Source: Eledone cirrhosa
Taxonomy: Eukaryota
Direction: 5' to 3'
Assembly (NCBI GenBank): GCA_964016885.1
Contig: OZ024745.1
Span: 79,918,001-79,982,000, forward strand
DNA length: 64,000 nucleotides
The translations under genes and the position numbers were made by a program. Below, one piece after another: positions 1 to 11,582 of this stretch; the first letter of the stretch is position 1; every line of letters begins with the position of its first letter. Below the pieces are notes generated by a model that made no database searches, was not told the origin of the DNA, and saw only the letters and a list, made by a program, of their open reading frames with translations.

Positions 1-195
1 TATTTTTAGTAGTGGAGCCATAAATACCATCAAATTTTAAATAGATCAACGGTCAAGTTTTCCTACTCCACTACCAAAAATATACAACAAAATATAAGTT
101 TTCATCGAAAGAATTTTTGAATACATCTCTTTTCATGATATTTGGATTACATTGAGTTCTTCATACGGATTGGACACTACGGTATATTTTGGTAG

Positions 196-239
<44 letters not shown>

Positions 240-348
240 TTCAAAGGGTATATATAATTAGACATAGTCACAGATACATATATGAGTTTGTCAACCATTC
301 ACGGTGTGGCTCAATGAAAAATTAATTAAATAATTATTAATCACAGCT

Positions 349-645
349 ATATATATAAATGTAAGTCCAAAGAATCATTAGATAAAATATATACAGTATT
401 TCCTCTGCCAATCACTGTAAATCAACCACATAAAAAAATCATTTAAACAAGGCTATAAGTTTAAAATATACTTATGAAGAAATAATTGACAAATGATACA
501 GATTATTTTCCGCGATGTCTATTATTTCTTCATAAGTACATTTTAAACTTATAGCCTCGTTTAAATGATTTTTTATGTGGTCGATTTACACTGATTGGGA
601 GAGGGAATACTGTATATAATTTATCTAATGATTCTTTGGACTTAC

Positions 646-706
<61 letters not shown>

Positions 707-800
707 TCCAAAGAATCATTAGATAAAATATACACACTGTTTCCTCTCCCAATCAGTGGAGAGGAAATACTGTATATATTTTATCTAGTGATTCTTTGGA

Positions 801-805
<5 letters not shown>
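349..805. repeat. Two adjacent fold-back (inverted-repeat) elements of one family, embedded in (TA)n
   Basis: 349-490 (taagtccaaagaatcattagataaaat...gaagaaataat) is the reverse complement of ~520-650. A shorter palindrome of the same sequence lies at 703-805. All ends run into (TA)n. Confidence 0.85.
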
Positions 806-894
<89 letters not shown>

Positions 895-977
895 AAAGTT
901 CTATTTAAATTGTTGGGATACAACAAGCAAATATTTTTATAACTGATATAAAGCACTCAACAAGTATTTGGAGAAAA

Positions 978-1260
978 GATACGATATTAACAAATGGAAA
1001 CTATATTTATAAAACCATATTTATTTCATTATACATATTTCAAGGACACATATTTCAAGGACACATATTTTAAGGACACATCCGGGAGCTTCCAACAGTA
1101 ATTGTTGCATTTTTTAAGGGTATGTCAATATTTATTTATAAAACTGATCTATATTATATTTTGTCTGATGAAAGCACACCATAATTTAACTTGGTGTCCT
1201 TGAAATATGTATAATGAAATAAATATGGTTTTATAAATATAGTTTCCATTTGTTAATATC

Positions 1261-1264
<4 letters not shown>
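978..1264. mobile_element. Penelope-like pLTR fold-back carrying a hammerhead ribozyme
   Basis: 978-1050 is the reverse complement of 1194-1264. The left arm ends in three tandem atatttcaaggacac-like copies and the right end abuts (TA)n. A hammerhead core spans the loop and right arm. Confidence 0.7.
1158..1220 (+). ncRNA. Type I hammerhead ribozyme (minimal, PLE-type)
   Basis: attttgt-CTGATGA-aagcacacca(taatttaact)tggtgtcctt-GAAA-tatgta-TA-atgaaat. The core is intact, and stems I and II pair. Confidence 0.75.
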
Positions 1265-1290
<26 letters not shown>

Positions 1291-1294
<4 letters not shown>

Positions 1295-1955
1295 GGAAAA
1301 AAATGTAATTTCATTTCTCACTCTTAGTACGACTGATACTTAAATATAAGTATGTATACGTACATACATATATGTATACAGACGTACAGTAGTATGTATA
1401 TACACCCATACATGCACACATATATATATGTACGTATGGGTTTACCGAACATTTATTATAATGCTCGGTTTGTTTGTAAACAAACAGCCCGAATTATTAG
1501 CCGTACAGTGTTCGGCAACCATCGTTGCCATTTTGTTCAACACTGACAAAGGAACGCTGAACTAGTTTCTAGCTTATTAGCTGTCATCAGCACCGTATAC
1601 CTTCCTGTCAGTCAATTGAACGTTTGAAAGTATATACTTTCCTTATGCATATTAACGGCTGAGCAACCTAATTTGCATATCGAGTGAGTTAGGCGGCCGG
1701 GCGTACCGAAAACGATAAATGGAAAAAATGAAATTTCATTTCTCACTCTTAGTACGGCTGATACTTAAATATAACTATGTATATGTACATACATATATGT
1801 ATACAGACGTACAGTAGTATGTATATACATACATATATGCACACATATATATATGTACGTATGAGTTTACCGAACATTTATTATAATGCTCGGTTTGTTT
1901 TCGGTACGCCCGGCCGACTAGCTCACTCGATATGCAAATTAGGCTGCTCAGCCGT
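1291..1955 (-). mobile_element. ~426-bp PLE/retrozyme-like repeat (about 1.4 tandem copies plus an inverted tail) between (TA)n tracts
   Basis: 1291-1470 repeats at 1717-1898, and 1899-1955 inverts ~1655-1713. The unit contains a hammerhead on the minus strand. The same family recurs at 22309-22815 and 30475-30980. Confidence 0.7.
1554..1596 (-). ncRNA. Type I hammerhead ribozyme (minimal)
   Basis: The minus strand reads acggtg-CTGATGA-cagct(aata)agcta-GAAA-ctag-TT-cagcgt, with a palindromic stem III (ACUAGU). Confidence 0.7.
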
Positions 1956-2197
1956 ATATATATATATATATATATATACATTTATTATGGCTATTGGTGA
2001 GCTTTGTTACTCTAAAGTTTCACCTGCGGCACTCACAGGATCACCAGTCATGTCCGGTGAGACTCCGGAGTAACAAGACTTAGCCGTAATAAATTAATAT
2101 TTAAACTATACTTCGATATTGAGTTTTCATTCTTACGTCTGTCAATAATTCACATACTCACAGTTCTTGAATAATTGTCCCCACCTCCGCTTATTGA

Positions 2198-2470
2198 TTT
2201 GACAGATTTTCTCTCTTTCAATCCCCCTCTCTATATCAATTAACACCAAACTCTCCCCCTCTCTATATCTAACTTGACAGATTTTCTCTCTTTCAATCCC
2301 CCTCTCTATATCAATTAACACCAAACTCTCCCCCTCTCTATATCTAACACATATCAATTAGTACCAAACTCTCCCCCTCTATATCTACTACACAGAACTC
2401 TCTTCCAATATCCCTCTCTGTATATCTACAATCACCAAACTCTCCCCCTTTCTATATCTATATCTCCCAT
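2198..2470. repeat. Degenerate ~78-bp/39-bp minisatellite
   Basis: ttgacagattttctctctttcaatccccctctctatatcaattaacaccaaactctccccctctctatatctaac occurs twice exactly, then decays. Confidence 0.7.
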
Positions 2471-2857
2471 CTGTCTCTACATAACATAAAAAAATTGTAG
2501 CGCATATACATATACAGATGTTTTGGTAGTTTGGGGAGAAAAATATAATTATTGGTGGGGGGGGGGGTCCCCTCACCCGCTCCCCACTTCCACCGCCCCT
2601 GATATATATTAGGTATGAATCGAAGTGGCTGCTCTTCCAACGCATCTCCCTTACCTCCGGCGAAACGCCTTCTCCATTCTGTCCGCCGGGGCTGTGGGGA
2701 GGGAGACCAGCACGTGGGACCCCATTTGCTCACCATACAGAGAGATGAGGAGGGCGAGAGAGATGGAGGCGATGACAGTGGGAGTTCAGCTCTTCCACGT
2801 TCGGACCATATCCTTGTGGTTGTGTTTATTATTTATCTATCTATATATATATATATA

Positions 2858-2935
<78 letters not shown>

Positions 2936-2954
2936 CAGATAACTATAAAAAGGA

Positions 2955-3170
2955 ACGATCGACTTTCGTCAAATCGGACCAAGGAAACAATGTTTCCGCT
3001 GGTCGTTCCAATTACTAATACTATCTATCGGTCGCAACTCCAGGCAGAAGGAGCAACGTGAAATAAAGTGTCTTGCTCATGGACATAACGCATCACTCGG
3101 TCCGGGAATCGAACTCACAACCTCACTATTGTGAATTCAATTCTTTAACCACTCAGCCACACGCCTTCAC
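2955..3170 (-). mobile_element. tRNA-derived SINE (family B)
   Basis: The minus strand has an A-box (tggctgagtgg), a B-box (gagttcgattcc) and a gtccatgagcaagacacttt core. Related copies lie at 21975-22185, 25410-25575, 33575-33737, 59845-60110 and 60225-60490. Confidence 0.8.
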
Positions 3171-4057
3171 ATAACTATAAAAATACATAAATTGACAGTT
3201 ATTGATAGCAGGTACTAATCGAGTTGTTTGAGGCAATTACAAAGCACTCGATAGGGCGGTATGTTGACACATATGAGACAGAGTGATGGAAGTTACTATA
3301 CACAAACATGTACATGTATGAGTTTGTTGTATTATATATAGAGATGCGGGTGGGCAGGCTCTTCTATTGACATATGTGTATGGAACAGTAAATATCTATG
3401 TATGCATATGTGTGTTTGTGTATATTTACGTGTCTTATGATTGTTTTTTGTTTTTGTGTTGTTGTTGTTTTTTTTTGGTAATTACTTCATTCGCTATTCC
3501 ATTACATTATCAACCTATTATTTCCATATTTTTTATGTGAACAGATTACAGCTCGTATGTGCTCGTGTGCGTATGTATATCAATATATGACAGTGCATAC
3601 GTGCGCAAGAGAGAGAGAGGGGGGGGGGTTAGGGGGGTTATGATCTGGAAGGACAAAGCACTGATGAAAGGTTTTGCTAAAAACGTCAGTGCTTCACACA
3701 TGTCATCACACCATATGTTGAAGGCCTTACCAAGTGCACAGAAAACAAACAGAATTTTTAAATGTATCAAAATTTTGTAAAATAATAACTGAAAATGTAA
3801 ATCAAACATAATGATGTTTCTATGGTGGATGAGATCGATTTTTGTCGATTAGTTTTTTACCACCACCAACAACAGAGGTTCTTATAGTGGGCGCTACCGC
3901 ACCACCCCTTCCCGGGGGAAGGGGGAGTCGTTGAGAATGTCCAGGGAGCGCTGGGGCCTAAGGAGAGGGTGGGGATGACTGTAGAGAAAAAAGTAGCGTT
4001 GGGAGAAACGGAGAGGCTGTAAGTGTAATTCCGCCCATGCAAGTGAGTATTATTATA

Positions 4058-4825
4058 GTGGATTGGCAGCATCGGTAGAGCGTCAGACACCATGCTTTAC
4101 AGCATAGAGTTATGGTCCTTTATGTTCTGAGTTCAAATCCCGCCGAGGTTAACTTTCATACCATCACCAACACCACCAACTCTGTTACCACGCCACCACC
4201 ACCACCAACACAGTCACCACCACCACCACCACCACCACCAACTCCGTCACCACAACCACCACGACCACCACCAACACAGTCAATAAAATAAAGTACCAGT
4301 AATGCACTGAGGTAATTGCTGGCCTTGTGCCAAAAGTAGAAATGGTTATTATAGTATTGTATACATGTGATATAATAGTATATTAAATATCAAATGATAT
4401 ATTATATATAAATTTAGTAAAATAAAAAATATATATTTATTTATTCATAGTATATATTATATTATTTCGGTAGAGGGTTGGACATGCTTTCCAGCATAGT
4501 TACGTCCCTTTACGATCTGAGTTCAAATCCCGCCGAGGTTAACTTTGCCTTTCATCCTTACGGGGTCGATAAAATAAAGTACCAGTAACGTACTGGGGTA
4601 ATTGCTGGCTTTGTGCCAAAAGTAGAAACACTTATTATGTAGAATTGGCAGAATCGGTAGAGCGTCGGTCAAAATGCTTTGCAGTATTTAGTTATGGCCC
4701 TTTACGTTCTGAGTTCAAATCCCGCCGAGATTTACTTTGCCTTACATCCTTACGGAATCGATAAAATAAAGTACCAGTAACGTACTGGGGTAATTGCTGG
4801 CCTTGTGCCAAAAGTAGAAACAATT
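4058..4825 (+). mobile_element. Three tandem copies of tRNA-derived SINE (family A)
   Basis: ttggcagaatcggtagagcgtc...gagttcaaatcccgccgaggttaactttgcctttcatccttacggggtcgataaaataaagtaccag...gtgccaaaagtagaaa occurs three times. The first copy is interrupted by (CCA)n. Confidence 0.85.
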
Positions 4826-5634
4826 ATTTATTATATATAAATTAACGATTTTATTTATTATATATTATTAACAATTTGTGAGTAGGCAGGTCTCTATGGA
4901 AATAGGGGTGGGGGCGCTGAGGGTATTACGTGGCCGTGGGGGGGCAACAAGTTTGACACTCTCTGATCAACAACACAGTGCTTTGAACACACCTTTTAAA
5001 ATGCCGCGTCCAATAAGAAAATTCTAAATATAGGCAAGGTCGAGACCAAGAAACAGGTTTGGCAGAGGTGTGTCATGAAGAATTATATCTCCTTACCCGA
5101 TGAATTTGTTCAGGAGCGGGCAAGCAGAGAGTTGACATACCTCTGCTCCAGTATTCAGGATTTAGGATAAATGAGGCCCCTTACTTGGGGCATGAAGGAG
5201 GTAAAAAATATGTTTAGCAGGAAGATGGCTCCCTTCCTAGACAACGGGACCCTGTGTTTAAGTACCCCTTAGCACAATGGTAAATCTGGCACTGCTCTGG
5301 CCTCTCTAAGAGGAGTGTGTTTTGTATTACTTCCAAAGAAGAATTAAAGGAGGGTCTGGCAGACTTTAATTTTGGCTAATATTTCCAGAATCTGTAGATG
5401 GGAACACCGTCAAAAGCCTTCTGATCACCAACCCTACTACTTATGAGTTAATTGAGCCTTTTTCAGCATTCATTCCGGTCTTCTACGGGCGACCTGTTTT
5501 TCTTGTTACTGCTGCTGCTGCTGTTGTTGTCATCGTTACTGCTGAAGCTGTTGTCATTGTTGATGTTGTTTTTGTTTACTTTGTTGTTCAACTGCAACAA
5601 CAATAACAACAGCAACAAGACAACATCATGAATT

Positions 5635-5830
5635 AAGTAGTACCATGTCGTCTGCAAACTTCAGTCGACTGATACCACTTCTAATCTGGCTGTACATGTC
5701 ATGAATATTATGGACAGTACGCACCCTTGGCGGAGTCCGACATCCATATTGAATGGTTTCGACTTAGTACCATTTATCCGAACATAAATACTAGGGCATT
5801 CGTATAGGGACTGATGTTCGTATGTTTGCA
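5635..5830 (-). pseudogene. RTE-type LINE reverse-transcriptase fragment
   Basis: The minus strand gives KPFNMDVGLRQGCVLS... and ...RLKFADDMVL (QG and FADD motifs). It resembles the element at 19860-21390. Confidence 0.7.
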
Positions 5831-6704
5831 ATATGTCTACGATGACTAGTTTTGCGTTTTCTGTTTTTTAGTAGTTTGTCGTTAAGTTTTCTCTTTGGAA
5901 GAGTATTTTGTTGGTCTATGAAAAATTTGCTTTAATTCTTTAACATCTTTAGAATCTTCTATTCCTAAATATTTCTCATATTCACATTTATTCCTATTTT
6001 TGTTTGTGCAGTCTTGGTTCGGTTTTTATTGTTGTATGTGTGCTAGAGTTGATTTTGTTGTTTTGTAATATATTTTGTTTGTTATCTTCAAAGATCATGG
6101 AATTAGTGGAAAACTACAACCTTTGTTTATCATTTTATGTTTCTCTTCCTTCACGGTGGCCACCAATATGCTTCCATAGAGCCGTGTCTACCGTAGAGTT
6201 GCAGTCCTATGTCACATCATTGGTTAAATCGTTGAACCCTGTTTCAAAGATAGTAGGGTTTTGTTGGAGAAGATTTAGATGCTATATTCAACAGGAACTT
6301 GTTCGCTGGTTATTTAACAGAATGTTAAATAGTTGAGCGACTTGTACAATTTCACATACGGGAATGGTAATATATAGTTGTATATATATACGTAGTAGCT
6401 GCTGTCACAATTTTCCGTCTCTAGGGGTATTTTACCCGATTTTTTAAGCTATTATTTTAACGATCGACTATGGTTACAGGTATATTTCTGGGTTTGAGAT
6501 TTTTACCTTTACTATGAATGGTTGTATTTATTAAGGTCTTATGGGGGTTTGGTGACTACTTAAGTATAAATGTATTTCTGTTTTCTTGTTCTCTCTAATT
6601 TTTAAAGAATTCCATATCTTTGATGTTGTTTCAGTTATGTACAGAGTAGATAAATATGTGTGCTCTCTTTCACATAATACAACTCAAGAATTTACAGATT
6701 TTCA

Positions 6705-6735
6705 TGTTGCTTCTTTTTCTTCTCCAATATTTCAG
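6705..6735 (+). promoter_or_regulatory. Probable 3' splice acceptor preceding the neuropeptide coding exon
   Basis: Polypyrimidine tract ttctttttcttctccaatatttCAG ends at 6735, followed by ATC-ATG. Confidence 0.6.
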
Positions 6736-6738
6736 ATC

Positions 6739-7134
6739 ATGCCTGGAATCACGGTATTAGCACTTCTTTCGATAACGTCCTCAATGCTAATACTTTACTG
6801 CCTTGCAACTGAACTGAATCTTCAACACATCAACCGACCACAAGCCATTGCAGCTCCTCGTACAGAGCGAGACACAACCAGATCATCGAAAGATGTTCTA
6901 GCTAATATCTTATCAAACATCATACGAGAAAGGAAAATGCTGAAAGGATACAGAAACTACCCATCAGCTTCTGGTTTGGACAACCAGCTTGATTCGTCGT
7001 CTCAGCTACAGAAGAAAAGTACATATTATGCTTATCGTCGAAGAAATGCCCCGATACCATCTTTCGGAAGTCTTATTTACCCTTCTTCATCAGAAGATGA
7101 TAGTGGCCCTAGTGTCTTTAGATATGGTAAATAA
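6739..7134 (+). CDS. Secreted neuropeptide precursor, 131 aa, C-terminal amidated FRYamide (NKY/RYamide-like)
   Basis: Hydrophobic signal peptide MPGITVLALLSITSSMLILYCLA, basic cleavage sites (RK, KK, RRR), and terminal FRY-G-K-stop amidation signal. A splice acceptor lies just upstream and AATAAA at 7288-7293. The track ORF start at 6586 is probably intronic read-through. Confidence 0.85.
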   Translation: MPGITVLALLSITSSMLILYCLATELNLQHINRPQAIAAPRTERDTTRSSKDVLANILSNIIRERKMLKGYRNYPSASGLDNQLDSSSQLQKKSTYYAYRRRNAPIPSFGSLIYPSSSEDDSGPSVFRYGK

Positions 7135-7404
7135 ATAAGAACTACAAAATGACACGCCTAATTTTAGCAACAACAACAATAACAGCAACAACATCAACAA
7201 CAATAATATTAGCAAGAACAATTACAACAACAGAAGCAGCAGAAGCAGAAACAACAATTTAAATTCAAATGATTTAGTGAAATGTAAAATAAAGCAATTC
7301 AGAAACCATAAAGACTATGTATGCTTTATCTATTTATTTACTTGTTATATTATTCAAATTAGGTGCAAATATGTTCATAGACTGGGTAGGGTAGTTGCAA
7401 GGAA

Positions 7405-7810
7405 TGGGAGACTCGGTAGAACATCGAACAAAAAGTTTTGCAGCATATAGTTACGGCCCTTTATGTTCTGCGTTCAAATCCCACCGAAATTAGTTTTGCT
7501 TTTCATCCTTACGGGATCGATAAAAGAAATTACCAGTAATACACTATGGTCAATTTAATTGATTTACCCGTTCCCTTCAAATTGCTGGCCTTGTATCAAT
7601 ATTAGAGAGCATTATTATAAATGTGGTGGATTGGCAGTATCAGTAGAGCGTCAGACACCATGCTTTGCGGCATAGAGTCATGGCCCTTTACGTTCTGAGT
7701 TCAAATCCCGTCGAGGTTAACTTTGCCTTTCATCCTTACGGAGTCGATAAAATAAAACATCAGTAATGCACTGGGTAATTGCTGGCCTTGTGCCAAATGG
7801 TAGAATCAAT
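7405..7810 (+). mobile_element. Two SINE family A copies
   Basis: B-box gttcaaatcc and core ctttcatccttacgg..tcgataaaa each occur twice. Confidence 0.8.
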
Positions 7811-7849
7811 TATTGTAAAAGTGGTGGATTGGCAGAATCGTTGGAGGGT

Positions 7850-9280
7850 GAGACGAAATAAATTCAAATCGAGCTGGCGTAAATATCGATGACAGAAGCA
7901 ACAACAACAGCAGCAGCGGCAGCGCCAAAACAACAACCACAACAACGGGAACGAGCCTTTCATCACCATTGCAACAGAACGTATTGACACCAACAACAGC
8001 AGTTTCCGCGAGGATCGCAAAAAAAAAGCAACTTTCACAATTTAGATCGACAGCAACAGAACTCTTTAAGATCTCTCTTCTCAACAATGAGTCGTGACTG
8101 GTACAAGCGGTCAAACTGTTCAAAGAAGAGGTGGAAAGGGGACAAAAAACGGTTCTCTATCGCTAGTCTCAGTAAAAACCAGACGCTCAGAAGCAGGACC
8201 ACACGCCCAAATTGGGAGTACTTGAAAAGAAATATAGCCTGACGTTGAACTCGTATGAAGAACAAGGCAGTTTGGGGACGTATAAGTGCTCTTCAGAAGT
8301 GAAGTCCTGGCCTTGAGACATTCAGCAACCCCCTGTCGCAGAGACGACTACGTTCTTTTCCCTTCTTATTTAGGAAGAACATTAAGGGACAGAATTTCGG
8401 GTGTCCGACCGGAATTGCACATCTAACCTTCGTTGGCCTAGAGGGAAATGACACCATCTTGGACATAAAAAGAACGTTTCGAAAGAATTGACCTGGGATC
8501 AGATCTTATTCACGTGCTGAATGTAGTCAAGCTGCGTGTTGCAGTTGAGGACAAACAGCCTCGTTGTCATTTATGTCGTGATGCCCACGACTTGAAAGCT
8601 TCTGTCCCCAACAAAAAACAGGGAACAGCAAAGCTCTCATACTTCCAACACCAGTGCCACAACATCACCAACATCCAACATCAACAACAGCACCAGCAAA
8701 ATCAATAGGGTTTCCGATACTTTGAAATTTACGAATCTTTTAGTTGGCCTGGAATGGGAGACGGTGGGGCAGTACTGTTTAGGAAAAGCCTGGACATCGA
8801 TGTAGGGACGATCTTCCTGGACCTGAGCCGTAAATTGATGGTCCTAGACGTGAATCGTAACAATGGTGGTACTTTTATACCTGTGGCAGTCTATGCCTCG
8901 ATTGGGGCAAGACAAACGGATTTCTTCAGACGTCTGGAAGCATTTCTTGGAACGTCTCATCGATTATTGTTATTAAGGGACTGGAACAGCATTTTGAACG
9001 CATGAAGGGACTGTGTTGGAGTAACTGGCTGAAGAGTGAATGCAACCCCCCACCCCCTACCCACCCCCAAAACCTAGATTTCTCAAATGGAGTAATGCCA
9101 TAGTATCATCTATATCGCATCAAGTTAGAGTGTTATCAGGTTAGCGGATAGAGATAGCATAGAGTGTCAACAATTAAAAACGCTTGCATGGTCAGACCAT
9201 GAATTTGTGATGTGCTCGGTCGACCTAGATTGAACACGTAGAGAAGGAGAATTAGTAGCTAAATTAGGAAAGGCATTCAC
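7850..9280 (+). pseudogene. Degenerate L1/Tx1-like LINE: ORF1 zinc knuckle and 5' APE endonuclease
   Basis: EDKQPRCHLCRDAHDLKA (knuckle-like) at 8514-8708. GGAVLFRK...VAVYAS...FFRRL...LLLRDWN at 8754-9005 resembles the L1-type EN (GDFN motif). Many stops are present. Confidence 0.65.
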
Positions 9281-9299
9281 ATATGTCTGCGTTTCCCCA

Positions 9300-9685
9300 A
9301 CTAGATACCAGTACTTAACTTGTACTTTATTTTATCGACATCGGAAGTATGAAAGACAAAATAGACTTCGCCAGAACGTAACGTGCCACAATAAATACTG
9401 CTATTCCATTTTATCCGACGCTATCCCAATTCTGTAAATGCATCACACTAAGACCTCTGAAATATTTATTTTTAATATTGGCACAAGGCCAGCAATTTAG
9501 GGGAAGAGAAAAGTCGATTATACAAATCCCAATACTTGATCGGTACTTTATTTTATCAATCTTGGAAGAATGAAAGGCAAAGTTGACCTTGGCAAGATTT
9601 AAAATCAAAGTGTAAAGAGCCAGAATAAATACTGCTATGGCACTTTATCTGACACTCTACCAATTCTGCCAGTTCATCACCCTAA
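9300..9685 (-). mobile_element. Two SINE family A copies
   Basis: gtactttattttatc...gaaggatgaaaggcaaagttgacc-type core on the minus strand. Confidence 0.75.
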
Positions 9686-10007
9686 TTAGTAATAAAATAG
9701 ACAGGTATAAAAAGTATATTTATATAGTTGCGTCTCTCAATTTATAACCCAAGGGAGATGATTCAGTTTATAGAGTTACGTACCTTGGAGTAAATAAAAA
9801 ATGCCTTTTTGATTTATACTATATGTAATATATATATATATATATATTGGAATAAATGCTCTGAAATAGCGATATATATGTGAATATAGACATAGAATAT
9901 TCGAAAATATTCTGTATGTTTATAATAAACATTTTGAAGACCTAATCGCTATAGAATAGAATACGTCACGTATTACAATTAGATTCTCGATAAAAGCAAG
10001 GGAAGTA

Positions 10008-10046
10008 AGTCTACGCGTTTCATTCTCGTTAGAAATCGTCAGGACT
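10008..10046 (-). ncRNA. Hammerhead ribozyme (array copy)
   Basis: Reverse complement of agtc-CTGACGA-tttct(aacg)agaat-GAAA-cgcg-TA-gact. Confidence 0.85.
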
Positions 10047-10318
10047 ACATATCCAGTGCTTTTATCGAGAATGACACAGCTAGAGACTTATAGAATACTT
10101 AGCTGTGTACAGGAACTGGTTTGAAAGAGCGGTTGCCGGTCCGGCAGAAATTAGAAATTGGAATAAATGCTCTGAAATAGCGATATATATGTGAATATAG
10201 ACATAGAATATTCGAAAATATTCTGTATGTTTATAATAAACATTTTGAAGACCTAATCGCTATAGAATAGAATACGTCACGTATTACAATTAGATTCTCG
10301 ATAAAAGCAAGGGAAGTA

Positions 10319-10357
10319 AGTCTACGCGTTTCATTCTCGTTAGAAATCGTCAGGACT
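10319..10357 (-). ncRNA. Hammerhead ribozyme (array copy)
   Basis: Same motif on the minus strand. Confidence 0.85.
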
Positions 10358-10610
10358 ACATATCCAGTGCTTTTATCGAGAATGACACAGCTAGAGACTT
10401 ATAGAATACTTAGCTGTGTACAGGAACTGGTTTGAAAGAGCGGTTGCCGGTCCGACAGAAATTAGAAATTGGAATAAATGCTCAGAGCATTTATTCCAAT
10501 TTCTAATTTCTGCCGGACCGGCAACCGCTCTTTCAAACCAGTTCCTGTACACAGCTAAGTATTCTATAAGTCTCTAGCTGTGTCATTCTCGATAAAAGCA
10601 CTGGATATGT

Positions 10611-10649
10611 AGTCCTGACGATTTCTAACGAGAATGAAACGCGTAGACT
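10611..10649 (+). ncRNA. Hammerhead ribozyme (array copy)
   Basis: agtc-CTGACGA-tttct(aacg)agaat-GAAA-cgcg-TA-gact, with predicted cleavage after GUA (A10645). Stem I is extended by a 16-bp helix attctcgataaaagca/tgcttttatcgagaat. Confidence 0.88.
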
Positions 10650-10921
10650 TACTTCCCTTGCTTTTATCGAGAATCTAATTGTAATACGTGACGTATTCTA
10701 TTCTATAGCGATTAGGTCTTCAAAATGTTTATTATAAACATACAGAATATTTTCGAATATTCTATGTCTATATTCACATATATATCGCTATTTCAGAGCA
10801 TTTATTCCAATTTCTAATTTCTGCCGGACCGGCAACCGCTCTTTCAAACCAGTTCCTGTACACAGCTAAGTATTCTATAAGTCTCTAGCTGTGTCATTCT
10901 CGATAAAAGCACTGGATATGT

Positions 10922-10960
10922 AGTCCTGACGATTTCTAACGAGAATGAAACGCGTAGACT
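10922..10960 (+). ncRNA. Hammerhead ribozyme (array copy)
   Basis: Identical motif at +311. Confidence 0.88.
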
Positions 10961-11232
10961 TACTTCCCTTGCTTTTATCGAGAATCTAATTGTAATACGT
11001 GACGTATTCTATTCTATAGCGATTAGGTCTTCAAAATGTTTATTATAAACATACAGAATATTTTCGAATATTCTATGTCTATATTCACATATATATCGCT
11101 ATTTCAGAGCATTTATTCCAATTTCTAATTTCTGCCGGACCGGCAACCGCTCTTTCAAACCAGTTCCTGTACACAGCTAAGTATTCTATAAGTCTCTAGC
11201 TGTGTCATTCTCGATAAAAGCACTGGATATGT

Positions 11233-11271
11233 AGTCCTGACGATTTCTAACGAGAATGAAACGCGTAGACT
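11233..11271 (+). ncRNA. Hammerhead ribozyme (array copy)
   Basis: Identical motif at +622. Confidence 0.88.
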
Positions 11272-11543
11272 TACTTCCCTTGCTTTTATCGAGAATCTAA
11301 TTGTAATACGTGACGTATTCTATTCTATAGCGATTAGGTCTTCAAAATGTTTATTATAAACATACAGAATATTTTCGAATATTCTATGTCTATATTCACA
11401 TATATATCGCTATTTCAGAGCATTTATTCCAATTTCTAATTTCTGCCGGACCGGCAACCGCTCTTTCAAACCAGTTCCTGTACACAGCTAAGTATTCTAT
11501 AAGTCTCTAGCTGTGTCATTCTCGATAAAAGCACTGGATATGT

Positions 11544-11582
11544 AGTCCTGACGATTTCTAACGAGAATGAAACGCGTAGACT
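11544..11582 (+). ncRNA. Hammerhead ribozyme (array copy)
   Basis: Identical motif at +933. Confidence 0.88.

Noticed and set aside
3656-3697. CTGATGA...aaaacgtc hammerhead-like motif
   Set aside because: G12 is missing, stem II is weak and the stem I register is wrong. At best it is a decayed relic.
4640-4730. Possible tRNA genes (A/B boxes)
   Set aside because: These are SINE heads continuing into a shared SINE core, with no full cloverleaf.
5030-5480. Possible LINE ORF1 remnant (CQTC knuckle) on the minus strand
   Set aside because: Too degenerate to call without alignment.
5840-6540. Possible Penelope RT remnant on the minus strand
   Set aside because: There is only faint motif resemblance with many stops. 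BLASTX is needed to support it.
6586-6738. N-terminal 51 aa of the 182-aa ORF
   Set aside because: It has a non-ATG start and lies upstream of a strong splice acceptor. The signal peptide begins at ATG 6739.
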